From the IMG/VR virus record IMGVR_UViG_3300008120_000033: a stretch of 64,000 nt of DNA. One strand, written 5' to 3'. This DNA comes from an uncultured virus (IMG/VR IMGVR_UViG_3300008120_000033). Its lineage: Duplodnaviria; Heunggongvirae; Uroviricota; Caudoviricetes. The translations under genes and the position numbers were made by a program. Below, in pieces: positions 37,459 through 46,879 of the stretch (within the stretch, counting starts at the first letter, position 1; each line of letters opens with the position of its first letter). Under the pieces are notes generated by a model. The model made no database searches and was not told where the DNA came from. It saw only the letters and a program-made list of their open reading frames with translations.

Positions 37459-37869
37459 ATGACCACGGAGCGAAGAAAAGCTCCAAGACGGTCTGTCACA
37501 AAAATTGAGAGAGCTGGTTCTTGGGGTAACGTCATCTACAGACACTTTCTCTCCTGTGGTCACGTCGAGGAGCGCAAACGTGCGGCTTCAACGCCAGAAC
37601 TTGCGTGCACGTGGTGTCCCAAGGCTGAACAAAAAGAACAAGAGATAAAGGCGCTTTCACGCCCTGGGATACTTGTTGCCTACGAGCCAAATCTTGCCGA
37701 CCAAGAATTAAAAATAGAATCATCGAGAGCCGCAATAGCACAGAGACTCGGTGTCCCACTTGATGCTGTAGATATTGCTTCAGAAGATATTGCTGGCGAA
37801 CTGATTATCAGGAGCGCAACTATTTACTTATCTGCACGAGATGTAGCAAGGATTGTTGACAGCAGGTAG
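37459..37869 (+). CDS. Hypothetical Zn-ribbon protein
   Basis: LSCGH..CTWC. Confidence 0.65.
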   Translation: MTTERRKAPRRSVTKIERAGSWGNVIYRHFLSCGHVEERKRAASTPELACTWCPKAEQKEQEIKALSRPGILVAYEPNLADQELKIESSRAAIAQRLGVPLDAVDIASEDIAGELIIRSATIYLSARDVARIVDSR

Positions 37870-37905
37870 CATTCACAAACAGGTTGAACTGAACATGGAG
37901 GGGCA

Positions 37906-38274
37906 ATGTACGAAGAAGTAATCTACGGAATAAACAGGATTACAAGAATCGATGAGCCCCCGCGAGATGGCGCATGCAAGGGTCATGACCCAAGAATGTG
38001 GTATCCACACGCATCTCGTAGTGATGAAGGCAACTACTCAGAGAATTACAAAAAGGCTATTGAGGATGGGAAAGCGGCGAAGAGGATTTGTCTCGGCTGT
38101 ATCAAAAAACTTGAATGCCTCAGTTATGCGTTATATCATGAGGGGCATGGAATATGGGGAGGAAAGACTGAGCGTGAACGGAACGCCATTAGACGACTTC
38201 TCAAAATTCAAATGGTTCCTCGTGAGCCCTTTATCATGGTCTCGCGTGAACAGGTGGCCTTGAGGGATGAGTAA
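37906..38274 (+). CDS. whiB: WhiB-family transcription regulator
   Basis: AC.G.DP.MWYP..AKRIC.GC....C..YAL..GIWGG.TERER. Confidence 0.92.
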   Translation: MYEEVIYGINRITRIDEPPRDGACKGHDPRMWYPHASRSDEGNYSENYKKAIEDGKAAKRICLGCIKKLECLSYALYHEGHGIWGGKTERERNAIRRLLKIQMVPREPFIMVSREQVALRDE

Positions 38275-40102
38275 TCACCCATCAGAACAAACAGAGAACT
38301 TCCTTAGCAGACTTCAAAATGTAAGAAAGTCTGGCAAGGGTTGGGTTTCTAGTTGCCCCTGCAGAAGTGATGACGACAACCCATCGCTTTCAATCTCTGA
38401 GGGTAACGATGGTCGTGTTCTCGTAACTTGTCACCGTGGTTCTGGCTGCAACTTTGAGCAGATTTGTGATGCTGTTAGTCTCAAACCAGCAGACCTTATG
38501 CCACCGAGTTCTGAAAGCTTTTCTATCGATAGATTCGGCAGTAAAGCGCCAGCACCAATCCGCACTCTCAAGCAACCAGAAAAAACAGAAAAAAATCTGA
38601 ATATCCTGCCGCAATCTAAACCAAAGTTTGTTGAGTCATACGACTACCTGGACGAGAACGGTGTTTTACTTTTTCAGAAACTGCGCTACGTGGATGAGAA
38701 TGGCAAGAAAACCTTTAGGCAAAGGAAGCCTGATGGCGCTGGTGGATGGGAGTACTCGCTTGGCGACATACCTCGACCTCTTTATAATCTCCCAGCAGTA
38801 TTGACAGCAAAGCAGCAAGGCTTCCCTATCTGGGTTGTTGAGGGCGAGAAGGATGCCAACACCCTCATTGATGTTGGGATTATCGCAACCACTATGCCTA
38901 ATGGTGCTGGTAGCTGGATGGATATCCACACAGAAGCCCTAGCGGGGGCAACAGTAGAAATCATTGCTGACAATGATGAAGCGGGCAAGAAGCACGCACA
39001 ACAGGTGCTTGATGAATTAACCAACGCTGGGTGTAGTGCGCAGGTTTGGTATACACCCAAGCACAAAGACATTACGGACCATCTTTCCGCCGGCCTAGGA
39101 ATCGATGACCTTGAGTATATGGAAAGCTTTAGCGAAGAATCGTCTAGCACCACCCCACTCATAGATGAAGTAATAGAGGTAGAAGAACTTTCACCAGAAG
39201 AGCAGGCATTACACAAGCTGCAAGAACTTCTGCAAAGAGATGATATCGATATAAAGCAGAAGATTTTAAAGAGCAATCTAATTCTTTCGACGGCTACTGT
39301 TTCTTTCGTTCTCGACACAGGAAGGCTCGTTCACTGGAATGACTTCCTCCAGGAGACAACTGGTGAAAAGTATGAGTGGGTAATCCCTGGTCTGCTGGAG
39401 CGTTCCGAAAGGGTTATTGTTGTTGCCGCAGAGGGTGTTGGTAAAACAATGCTCGCACGACAAGTTGGGATTCTTTGTTCTGCCGGCATTCATCCTTTTT
39501 CTTTCCAGCCGATGCCAAGAATTAAAACACTTACTGTTGACCTAGAAAACCCAGACAGAATTATTCGTAGAACATCTCGCGGAATAGCGGAGAGAGCCAT
39601 GGGAATGGCACGCACATCCAGACTTGACGCTCACCTGCTGACCAAGCCATCGGGAATGGACCTACTCAAGGCCGCAGATAGGGCAATACTGGAAGAAGCA
39701 CTGGATGAGGTGAGGCCAGAGCTCCTTGTTATAGGACCTCTATACAAAGCATTCCTAGACCCAGGTGGGAGAACATCGGAATCAATTGCTATTGAGGTCG
39801 CCAAATATCTTGACACAATCAGGACTGTGTACAGATGTGCCCTATGGATTGAGCATCACGCACCATTGGGTACAAGTATGTCAAGCAGAGATTTAAGACC
39901 ATTTGGTTCTGCCGTATGGTCCAGGTGGCCAGAATTCGGTATCTCGTTGCAGCCAGACCCAATGGCTCTCGGTGATTACGTCTACGATGTTAGACATTTC
40001 CGAGGTGCCCGTGACGAGCGTCAATGGCCGACTAAAATGAAGAGGGGAAAGACTTTCCCATTCGAGGTGCTCGAATTCATGACGGTCGGCAAAGACAAAT
40101 GA
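38267..40102 (+). CDS. DNA primase-helicase (Zn-binding + Toprim + RecA-like AAA)
   Basis: CPC..DDNPSL..CH; VVEGEKDA, IADNDEAG; AAEGVGKT; IEHH, GS. Confidence 0.88.
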   Translation: MSNHPSEQTENFLSRLQNVRKSGKGWVSSCPCRSDDDNPSLSISEGNDGRVLVTCHRGSGCNFEQICDAVSLKPADLMPPSSESFSIDRFGSKAPAPIRTLKQPEKTEKNLNILPQSKPKFVESYDYLDENGVLLFQKLRYVDENGKKTFRQRKPDGAGGWEYSLGDIPRPLYNLPAVLTAKQQGFPIWVVEGEKDANTLIDVGIIATTMPNGAGSWMDIHTEALAGATVEIIADNDEAGKKHAQQVLDELTNAGCSAQVWYTPKHKDITDHLSAGLGIDDLEYMESFSEESSSTTPLIDEVIEVEELSPEEQALHKLQELLQRDDIDIKQKILKSNLILSTATVSFVLDTGRLVHWNDFLQETTGEKYEWVIPGLLERSERVIVVAAEGVGKTMLARQVGILCSAGIHPFSFQPMPRIKTLTVDLENPDRIIRRTSRGIAERAMGMARTSRLDAHLLTKPSGMDLLKAADRAILEEALDEVRPELLVIGPLYKAFLDPGGRTSESIAIEVAKYLDTIRTVYRCALWIEHHAPLGTSMSSRDLRPFGSAVWSRWPEFGISLQPDPMALGDYVYDVRHFRGARDERQWPTKMKRGKTFPFEVLEFMTVGKDK

Positions 40103-40773
40103 GCGAAGACAACAAGCCAAAACCAATACAAACGAAAGAATTCCTCAATGAGAGGGATATGCGCATTTTTAAGATGCGTCAGGCCGGCACGTCCGTAAAC
40201 GAAATAGCCAGAAGATTTGGTATGTCGACCAGTTCTGTCTCTAGGTCAATTCAGAGACAGCTAGAAAAGATGAATCGCGAAACCATCCTTGCTTATCCAG
40301 AGGTTCTTCGAATGGAGCTAGAAAGATTGGACAACCTCCAGCAGGCAATCTGGCCAATGACACAGCACCGAAGAGTCCAGATGGATGACGGAACAGAAAT
40401 GCAAGTTGAACCAGACCTAAAAGCAATACAGCAGGTTCTTTCTATTATGGATAGAAGAACAAAACTTCTTGGCATGGAACAGACGAACTTGAATGTCAAT
40501 GTGGATACAAATAGTTCAGCAATACGTGCAGTTATCGCTGGGCAGCCAGGACTGAATAAACCAGCCACGGGATTCGATGCCGAATCTGAAGCAAAGAAAC
40601 TTCTGGAACTCATGGCCATTGCTGGCGTTCTGCCAGAGGGGACGATTAAGTCTCTCCTGGGTGCTGACCAAGCAGAGATTATTGATGCCGAAATAGTTGG
40701 GATAGAAGGTTCCGCTACGGACGAGTATCTTGAGATAGGTTATGATGAAGACGAGGACGGCGATGAGCAATAA
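40099..40773 (+). CDS. HTH protein, possible terminase small subunit
   Basis: MRQAG.S..EIARRFG; ELERLD.L..AIW..AIQQVL.IMDRR.KLLG. Confidence 0.6.
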   Translation: MSEDNKPKPIQTKEFLNERDMRIFKMRQAGTSVNEIARRFGMSTSSVSRSIQRQLEKMNRETILAYPEVLRMELERLDNLQQAIWPMTQHRRVQMDDGTEMQVEPDLKAIQQVLSIMDRRTKLLGMEQTNLNVNVDTNSSAIRAVIAGQPGLNKPATGFDAESEAKKLLELMAIAGVLPEGTIKSLLGADQAEIIDAEIVGIEGSATDEYLEIGYDEDEDGDEQ

Positions 40774-41086
40774 CCCAGAACATTCAAATATTCGCGCAGC
40801 AATGGACAAGGTTGCGGAATCTATTGAGCCGACCATTGCTACAAGCAATATTGACGAAGAGGGGCCAGCCGACAAGCAGGTCCTCATACGGACAAATGAA
40901 GCAGAAAGAGAGCGCTGGAAAAGCGCAGCTGAAAAAGAAGCAATGACACTCTCTGCATGGATTCGTAAGGCATTGAATGAGTCAGCCTCAAATGTCCTTG
41001 ACTGCCCTCACCCGATTGACCTCATCCGCTTCTATCCATGGGCCGGCGGCAAAAAGGTTTGCACCCGCTGCCGTCAAAGGTTATAG
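40763..41086 (+). CDS. Ribbon-helix-helix protein with C-terminal Zn ribbon
   Basis: QVLIRT...ERWK.AA....LSAWIR..L; C.H..C..C. Confidence 0.6.
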   Translation: MSNNPEHSNIRAAMDKVAESIEPTIATSNIDEEGPADKQVLIRTNEAERERWKSAAEKEAMTLSAWIRKALNESASNVLDCPHPIDLIRFYPWAGGKKVCTRCRQRL

Positions 41087-41139
41087 CACTAAATTACCTA
41101 AATTTATTGAGCACCAAAGCAATGGTATTATTGCTTTGA

Positions 41140-44100
41140 ATGTCTGAGAATAAAGAATTCCCTATTCCCTTTGATGAGTCACGTCGTGGAAAGCGTGCAG
41201 GTCATGAGGAGAAGTCAATTGGCCGTCGACTCCTTGGTCGCGCAATAGATAGACCATCAATTGGAAGAAATAGGGGTCGAAACAACAATGTTGACCTACC
41301 CACTGGGGGCAAGCCAGGAAAACGCCGCCCAACGGGAACAACGAGAGACATCGACGGCGATGGCTGGGTTGATGAAGGAACCACGAACCCCAGATGGATG
41401 GGGGTCCCGAGCGGGAATGGGAACAGCCCTGGGGTACCTAATAGGAATAGAAAAAATCCCAACGTAAAACCAAACGCCCCTAAGTCAAGCCGCGAAATAG
41501 AGTCAATATTTCTTTCCAGTGGGAAACTTCGCGAGCGTCCAGTAGTCGAAGAGATAGACAGAAACCTGAAAGATGGCTCACTTAGCACCTCTCCCAACAA
41601 GGGAATTATTGGTATGCGTGATGGCGGATTTTCGGTCGCAAAAAAGCCAAGTGAGTCTGATTCATTTCTACGTCAGGAATACCGTGAATGGTCAATCGGT
41701 GACGAGAAGGTTATCTTCGGCATACCAGAACGCCCTGCATCAATGGCCGATGACCCCGGTTACTACGACGGTGATGCAAAAATCGTACCCATGAACCCTT
41801 ATGTTATTTCAGGATTGCCAGCAGACTCCAAAGAGGGGCAAGAAATAGCAAAAAAGTGGGCTTATGCGAAATCGTCAGCAGAAGTTGCCGGCGACGAAGA
41901 ACCTACATACATAGAGGCACTTCTATATGCTGGGTCGCGTGGTGACTCCGAGGCAATGAGCATATTCGATGAATTTGCCAAAGTGGGAAAAGCTGCTGCA
42001 GATAAGGCAAAAGAAGAAAGAGCTGCGACATATCTTCAGTCATACAACAGAGAAGATGTTCAGCAGGACCTAAAAAGAGCCGGTCTCGACAACCTCTCGA
42101 TTGATGATTTATATCTAGTTCATGAAACCAAATATGAACCGGAATTCGACGAAGATGGCAACTTGATGCTTAGGCCTCTTGGTGATTGGGTTCTCAAGAA
42201 TCTAGATGGCCAGGATGCAACATACGATAGGGAAACAATTCATTTTGCAATGAACCACCTTGCCGGCGGCCATCTTATGAGGCAGAGAAACGACGAGGGT
42301 GAAAACAGGTACATCATAGTATCCAAGCTTTCAGACGTTCTTGAAATGAACCCCGGCTCCATTGATGCCTTAAATCCTGTAGATGTTGGGCTCGTTCCAC
42401 CACCCAATGAACCATTGAGGCTTCCAAAGAAATCCATAAAAGTTTTAGAAAATCCAGATACGGAAGACGTCGACTCCCTTGTGTCACAAACTCTCAGGGA
42501 AATGGGTGCAAAACACATATTCACTGCGGGTGAGTACGGGAATAAAACCGAAACAAGTGCAATTCTAAAGATTGCCTCAGAACTAGGCGCAAATGTTGAG
42601 CTTCACGCAAATACACCGAGTGGTTCAATTGAGCAAATTGACAAGGGCACAAATTTATCTGGCTCTTTCATTGGTGCCAACTGGCTTGGTGAAATGAGCG
42701 AAAACTCAATAGCGCGACTCGGCAATAATTCAAAATGGCACGGATTAAAGGAAACCGGCTACTCGATGCGCCGAGACGAATATGAAGATTTGCTAAATTC
42801 AAATTCTGGGAAGCTCGGTTCTGACACTGGTAGAAGTGAGGTTCTTTTTAGCGGCAAAGCTCCACAGTATCCACGTCCACCGGCATACGGTCCACTTATT
42901 GGCGGAGCGGAAGAATATTTCGATGGAGTTAAAGACTGGCAAGAATTCGCAGAAAAGTACCGTGGCCGAGATGTTGTATGGATTGACTATGAAACAACTG
43001 GGTTAGTTTTTGATGAGTTTGGCAAAAGCTCGGCAAATGGCAAACCGGTTCAGCTTGGTGCCGTCAAAGTAAGAGATGGCAAAATAGTTGACCGATTTAA
43101 TGTATTTATAAATCCAGGCGAACCACTTGGCGAATGGTCGAGACAGTATCTCCGTGGTCCAGGTGGTGAGAACCTTACTGACGAATGGCTATCTACTCAG
43201 ATGTCTTTATCTGACGCTCATAGACAATTTGCTGAGTTTGCTGGAGCTGGTGCAATACTTGGCCTCCAGAATGCAGCTTTCGATAAAAACGTTCTCGAAG
43301 ATGAACTCAAGGAAAACGGCATAGATTGGCAACCAACTGGGTACATCGACACCATGGACATGTCCGCCATGACCTTGCCAAAGTGGACGCCAGAAAACCA
43401 AGATGGGCCATCAATGGTCGGCCGCGACGGAGAAAGACGTGCATCCAGCAGTCTTAAGGCCATAACGGAATACCTGGATGTCGAGCTTGGTGACAAGCAC
43501 CACACAGCCGACGCTGATGCTGAAGCGGCAGCCATGGTTATGGAGAACCTCATTGCTAGGGCCATAGAAAATGGCTGGACAGCTGACGCAATAAAGCCAG
43601 ATACGCGACGCGAGTTTGTGGAGAAGCGTAAAAAAGAATTTGACGAAAAAGTAGCAAAATTTGAAGAAGACAAGAAGTCTTACCTTGACGCGTTAGCCAA
43701 TGAGTCCGATGGAGACAAACTTTCATCTGGGGCAACCAAGACAAAAGCACGTAAATACGGAGATAGCAAACCTGGCGGTGAGGAACGATTTATTAGAAAT
43801 AGTTCAACATGGCTAAAAGGCTTAAGCTCAAAACAGATTGCAGAGCTTGTTGTTCCCGAATCCCATGAACAGTACATAGAAATGCTGCTTGATGATTACT
43901 TCCCTGCCCGAGATGGTGAAAATCCAGGCTTTGTGGATGCATTTAAAAACAACTTGATTGAGTCAATGAAGAGGAGTCCGTGGATTAAGGGCGACTACTC
44001 AGAAGAATCGACTGAAAAGATTAGAGAACTTGTTGAGTCTTCTCTTGAGGCCAGCCCGTCACTGAAGTGGGCATTTGAGAACTTTGGTGCCCCCATGTTT

Positions 44101-44772
44101 GTGATGCTTACGCCAGAAGGTGCATCGCTTTATGAGAATCAGCCAGCGCTAAAGGCTAAAAGAGAACAAATAATGCAGTCTCGTGGTTTAAAAAGTGAGC
44201 CGTTCGTTAGGGGTATACAATTCACTGGCAAAGACCTTATTTCATTCAATAGAAAACTGATTGTTGACCAGATGTCAAATGACCCAGACTTTGAGACATC
44301 CCCATTGATTGCAGATGCCAATCACGTTGTTAGACCGGGAAGGGCAAATATTGACATAGCAGCATCATCTACGCTTTCTCACGAGTATGGCCATTGGCTT
44401 CAGAAAAGAGCACTGCGCGAAAATGAGCGCACGGCGAAATCAGTTACCGGAGTCAAGTACGGCGGAGAACAAGTACCTAGCTCTAGAATGCCACTTGTTA
44501 TAAGAATTGCTGAAATGTATGAAAATGCCGAAGTTGATGAGTTGATTGGCAAAGCTCACAGGGACGGAATGCCCCTAGAGGCGACTCCATCAATACCAAG
44601 AACACTAACAACGTATGCCCACACAAACGGCAGGGAGATGATTGCCGAGGGATTCAGTGCATTCTTTCATCCAAATCCAGATGTCAAGAATCAGGCAATC
44701 AATAAAAAACTGCTAGATGATGTTTATCGAATGCTTGGTCTGGAACCCGGCGAAGCACCGTGGTCGGCTTAG
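41140..44772 (+). CDS. 1210-aa polyvalent protein: unknown domain (paralog of 18560 C-terminus) + DnaQ-like DEDDh exonuclease + zincin
   Basis: WIDYETTG (42985), QNAAFD, IDT, HHTADADA; LSHEYGHW (44380)..EMIAEGF; modules bounded by LSSG/LFSG. Confidence 0.8.
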   Translation: MSENKEFPIPFDESRRGKRAGHEEKSIGRRLLGRAIDRPSIGRNRGRNNNVDLPTGGKPGKRRPTGTTRDIDGDGWVDEGTTNPRWMGVPSGNGNSPGVPNRNRKNPNVKPNAPKSSREIESIFLSSGKLRERPVVEEIDRNLKDGSLSTSPNKGIIGMRDGGFSVAKKPSESDSFLRQEYREWSIGDEKVIFGIPERPASMADDPGYYDGDAKIVPMNPYVISGLPADSKEGQEIAKKWAYAKSSAEVAGDEEPTYIEALLYAGSRGDSEAMSIFDEFAKVGKAAADKAKEERAATYLQSYNREDVQQDLKRAGLDNLSIDDLYLVHETKYEPEFDEDGNLMLRPLGDWVLKNLDGQDATYDRETIHFAMNHLAGGHLMRQRNDEGENRYIIVSKLSDVLEMNPGSIDALNPVDVGLVPPPNEPLRLPKKSIKVLENPDTEDVDSLVSQTLREMGAKHIFTAGEYGNKTETSAILKIASELGANVELHANTPSGSIEQIDKGTNLSGSFIGANWLGEMSENSIARLGNNSKWHGLKETGYSMRRDEYEDLLNSNSGKLGSDTGRSEVLFSGKAPQYPRPPAYGPLIGGAEEYFDGVKDWQEFAEKYRGRDVVWIDYETTGLVFDEFGKSSANGKPVQLGAVKVRDGKIVDRFNVFINPGEPLGEWSRQYLRGPGGENLTDEWLSTQMSLSDAHRQFAEFAGAGAILGLQNAAFDKNVLEDELKENGIDWQPTGYIDTMDMSAMTLPKWTPENQDGPSMVGRDGERRASSSLKAITEYLDVELGDKHHTADADAEAAAMVMENLIARAIENGWTADAIKPDTRREFVEKRKKEFDEKVAKFEEDKKSYLDALANESDGDKLSSGATKTKARKYGDSKPGGEERFIRNSSTWLKGLSSKQIAELVVPESHEQYIEMLLDDYFPARDGENPGFVDAFKNNLIESMKRSPWIKGDYSEESTEKIRELVESSLEASPSLKWAFENFGAPMFVMLTPEGASLYENQPALKAKREQIMQSRGLKSEPFVRGIQFTGKDLISFNRKLIVDQMSNDPDFETSPLIADANHVVRPGRANIDIAASSTLSHEYGHWLQKRALRENERTAKSVTGVKYGGEQVPSSRMPLVIRIAEMYENAEVDELIGKAHRDGMPLEATPSIPRTLTTYAHTNGREMIAEGFSAFFHPNPDVKNQAINKKLLDDVYRMLGLEPGEAPWSA

Positions 44773-44793
44773 TAAAATACAGAGGAAATACAA

Positions 44794-45288
44794 ATGAGAG
44801 AATTTAAATCAGTAGGCGAATCAGCGGCATGGGTTGAGGAAAGTATCGACTCGTTCGTTAATGAAGCTCCAGAAATTCTGGTTAAAGCCGCAAACATGAC
44901 ATACACAAAGCCAGAATTGCGTGAACGTCTGAAAAAAAGAATTATGGCTGGGTCTAAAGGTGGCAAACCAGGGCAATGGTCAGCCAGAAAAGCACAGATG
45001 CTCGCAATGGAATACAGAAAAGCTGGTGGCGGATACAGGGGCAAGCTGGGAAAGAATCAGCGTTCGCTAAAAAAGTGGACAAAAGAAAGATGGACGACAT
45101 CAGATAATAAGCCAGCTATCAGAAAAGGTGGGACGAGGAGATACCTCCCTGCTAAGGCATGGTCTAGGCTTACCCCAGCACAACGAAGAGCCACAAATCG
45201 TAAAAAAATTCTTGGCAGCCGTAGAGGCGAACAGTTTGTTAGAAATACAGAAGCAGCAGAGACTGCCGGAAGGAATGCGAGAAGTTAA
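44794..45288 (+). CDS. DUF5872-like basic phage protein
   Basis: YTKPELRERLK..GGKPGQWSARKAQ..Y..AGGGY..LKKWTKE.W..RYLP. Confidence 0.75.
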   Translation: MREFKSVGESAAWVEESIDSFVNEAPEILVKAANMTYTKPELRERLKKRIMAGSKGGKPGQWSARKAQMLAMEYRKAGGGYRGKLGKNQRSLKKWTKERWTTSDNKPAIRKGGTRRYLPAKAWSRLTPAQRRATNRKKILGSRRGEQFVRNTEAAETAGRNARS

Positions 45289-45289
45289 A

Positions 45290-45466
45290 ATGGGTAGGTC
45301 GTTTGACCAGGATGATGATGAGTACATCGAGCTACTAGCCGAGTACGAAAGATACGTAAAGTCAAGCCCTGGGGCATATGAAGACTTTGATGATTGGCTA
45401 GAAGTTGAATACGGCCAGTCAAAGAAAAAAGTCATAAAACGAACAAGAAGACGAGAAAGGGAGTAG
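45290..45466 (+). CDS. Small hypothetical protein
   Basis: MGRSFDQ.., tight packing after previous stop. Confidence 0.55.
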   Translation: MGRSFDQDDDEYIELLAEYERYVKSSPGAYEDFDDWLEVEYGQSKKKVIKRTRRRERE

Positions 45467-45468
45467 AT

Positions 45469-45648
45469 ATGACAACTCCATGGATTGGTCTAGATGACGC
45501 TGACCTCGACTATGTTGCAGAAATTGGCGACACCGAAAGACGTGAAGGCTACGAAGAGATGATGGACATGATTGCCATCTACGAGCACACAAAGAATAGG
45601 CTCGCCAAAAAAAGTGGTAGCGAAAATGAAAGCGATGAGGCCGAGTAA
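45469..45648 (+). CDS. Small hypothetical protein (59 aa, not in ORF track)
   Basis: MTTPWIGLDDADLDY...SDEAE, SD GGGAG. Confidence 0.55.
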   Translation: MTTPWIGLDDADLDYVAEIGDTERREGYEEMMDMIAIYEHTKNRLAKKSGSENESDEAE

Positions 45649-45670
45649 TACTCGACCCCACCGCAATCAA

Positions 45671-45910
45671 CTACTTACGAGTGCTTTTTGTCCTTTTTGC
45701 GGGGGAGTTTTCTGAAGCAAGAGCCTTGAGTTCCTGCTCATAAATTTCCGTGAACTCACCCGAGTGTCTGTTCTTTAGAACCAGGTGTGCTCTCCTGCGC
45801 GCCTCTTGACGAACAGCATTTCTAGCCTGAGATTCTGCCTTTTGTTCCGGAGTATGGCGAGGCCTTCCTCTACCCATTCCCTTTTGCTTGAGCTTGTCAT
45901 ATTCAGACAT
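45671..45910 (-). CDS. Small basic protein with AT-hook-like RGRPR
   Basis: 79 aa, SD AGGGGAG. Confidence 0.65.
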   Translation of the reverse strand: MSEYDKLKQKGMGRGRPRHTPEQKAESQARNAVRQEARRRAHLVLKNRHSGEFTEIYEQELKALASENSPAKRTKSTRK

Positions 45911-46013
45911 GTCTATAACTCCCCTTTTCAGTAGGTGTTTTGTTTAGGTGTTGACATAGTAACCAGTATGTCCTACCGGGACAACCCCAATCAAAGAAAT
46001 ATTTTTAGAACAC

Positions 46014-46053
46014 AAAAAAGGGGTCCACCGCAGGTTTTCCCACGGTGGACCCC
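46014..46053 (-). terminator. Rho-independent terminator after ssb
   Basis: 11-bp stem ggggtccaccg/cggtggacccc plus T6 on minus strand. Confidence 0.8.
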
Positions 46054-46069
46054 TTCGGGGGGGGCTATA

Positions 46070-46555
46070 TCAGAAGGGCTCTTCTGATGAGTCCATGCCA
46101 GGGATTGTTGAGGCACCAACGCCAGCCGGGGTGGCTGGACGCTGACGACGCTGCTGATTGCCCTGTGGGCGCTGCTGACCGCCCTGCTGCGTGTTTCCAC
46201 TAGAGGTACGGCGGGTAACCTCTTCGATTGAACGGGTGGAAATTCCAACCTCCTCGGCAACTAGCTCAATGAATGAGCGATTATTGCCTTCCTTGTCCTC
46301 GTATGAGCGCTGTTCAAGGCGACCATATACGATGACTCCGATTCCCTTTTCGAGGGTTTTGGCTGCGTTCTCTGCGACATATCGCCATGCGGCAACATTA
46401 AAGAAGCTGGTCTTTTCCTGCTTGGCACCATCATTGTCGTACCAGATGTGAGAAGCGGCGACTGTGAAAGTCAGCTTCATCTGGCCTGAAGTGGTGAATG
46501 TTGCCTCTGGGTCAGCGGTAAGATTACCGATGACAGTGATTGGTGATGTATTCAT
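46070..46555 (-). CDS. ssb: Single-stranded DNA-binding protein
   Basis: VIGNLTADPE, AENAAKTLEKG, GRLEQRSYEDKEG, acidic tail EEPF. Confidence 0.93.
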   Translation of the reverse strand: MNTSPITVIGNLTADPEATFTTSGQMKLTFTVAASHIWYDNDGAKQEKTSFFNVAAWRYVAENAAKTLEKGIGVIVYGRLEQRSYEDKEGNNRSFIELVAEEVGISTRSIEEVTRRTSSGNTQQGGQQRPQGNQQRRQRPATPAGVGASTIPGMDSSEEPF

Positions 46556-46617
46556 TTTTCTCCTGAACTCACGGGTTGGGACATCACTATATCCACGGAT
46601 GTAGTACGCTGTCAACC

Positions 46618-46851
46618 ATGCCGAACCCAGAAGCAAAACTTAAACTTAGTGACAGTATTTATAACGTAATTTATGAAGTTATCGATAAAGGTGACGGCAG
46701 TCAGGACGACCTCATGGAGGCAAGACTTTCAGCAGAAGACCTGTCGATGATGATTGTCGATTCAGTTTTTTCTGACATATCAGAATCACTTGACGCATCG
46801 GGCGCTATCGTCGCTACACTGAATACCACTGGTCCGCTCGACGAAGAGTAA
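46618..46851 (+). CDS. Hypothetical protein
   Basis: ATG 7 nt after TACGCT. Confidence 0.6.
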   Translation: MPNPEAKLKLSDSIYNVIYEVIDKGDGSQDDLMEARLSAEDLSMMIVDSVFSDISESLDASGAIVATLNTTGPLDEE

Positions 46852-46879
46852 ATCCAGCCCCAACAAGAAGGTACTAACT

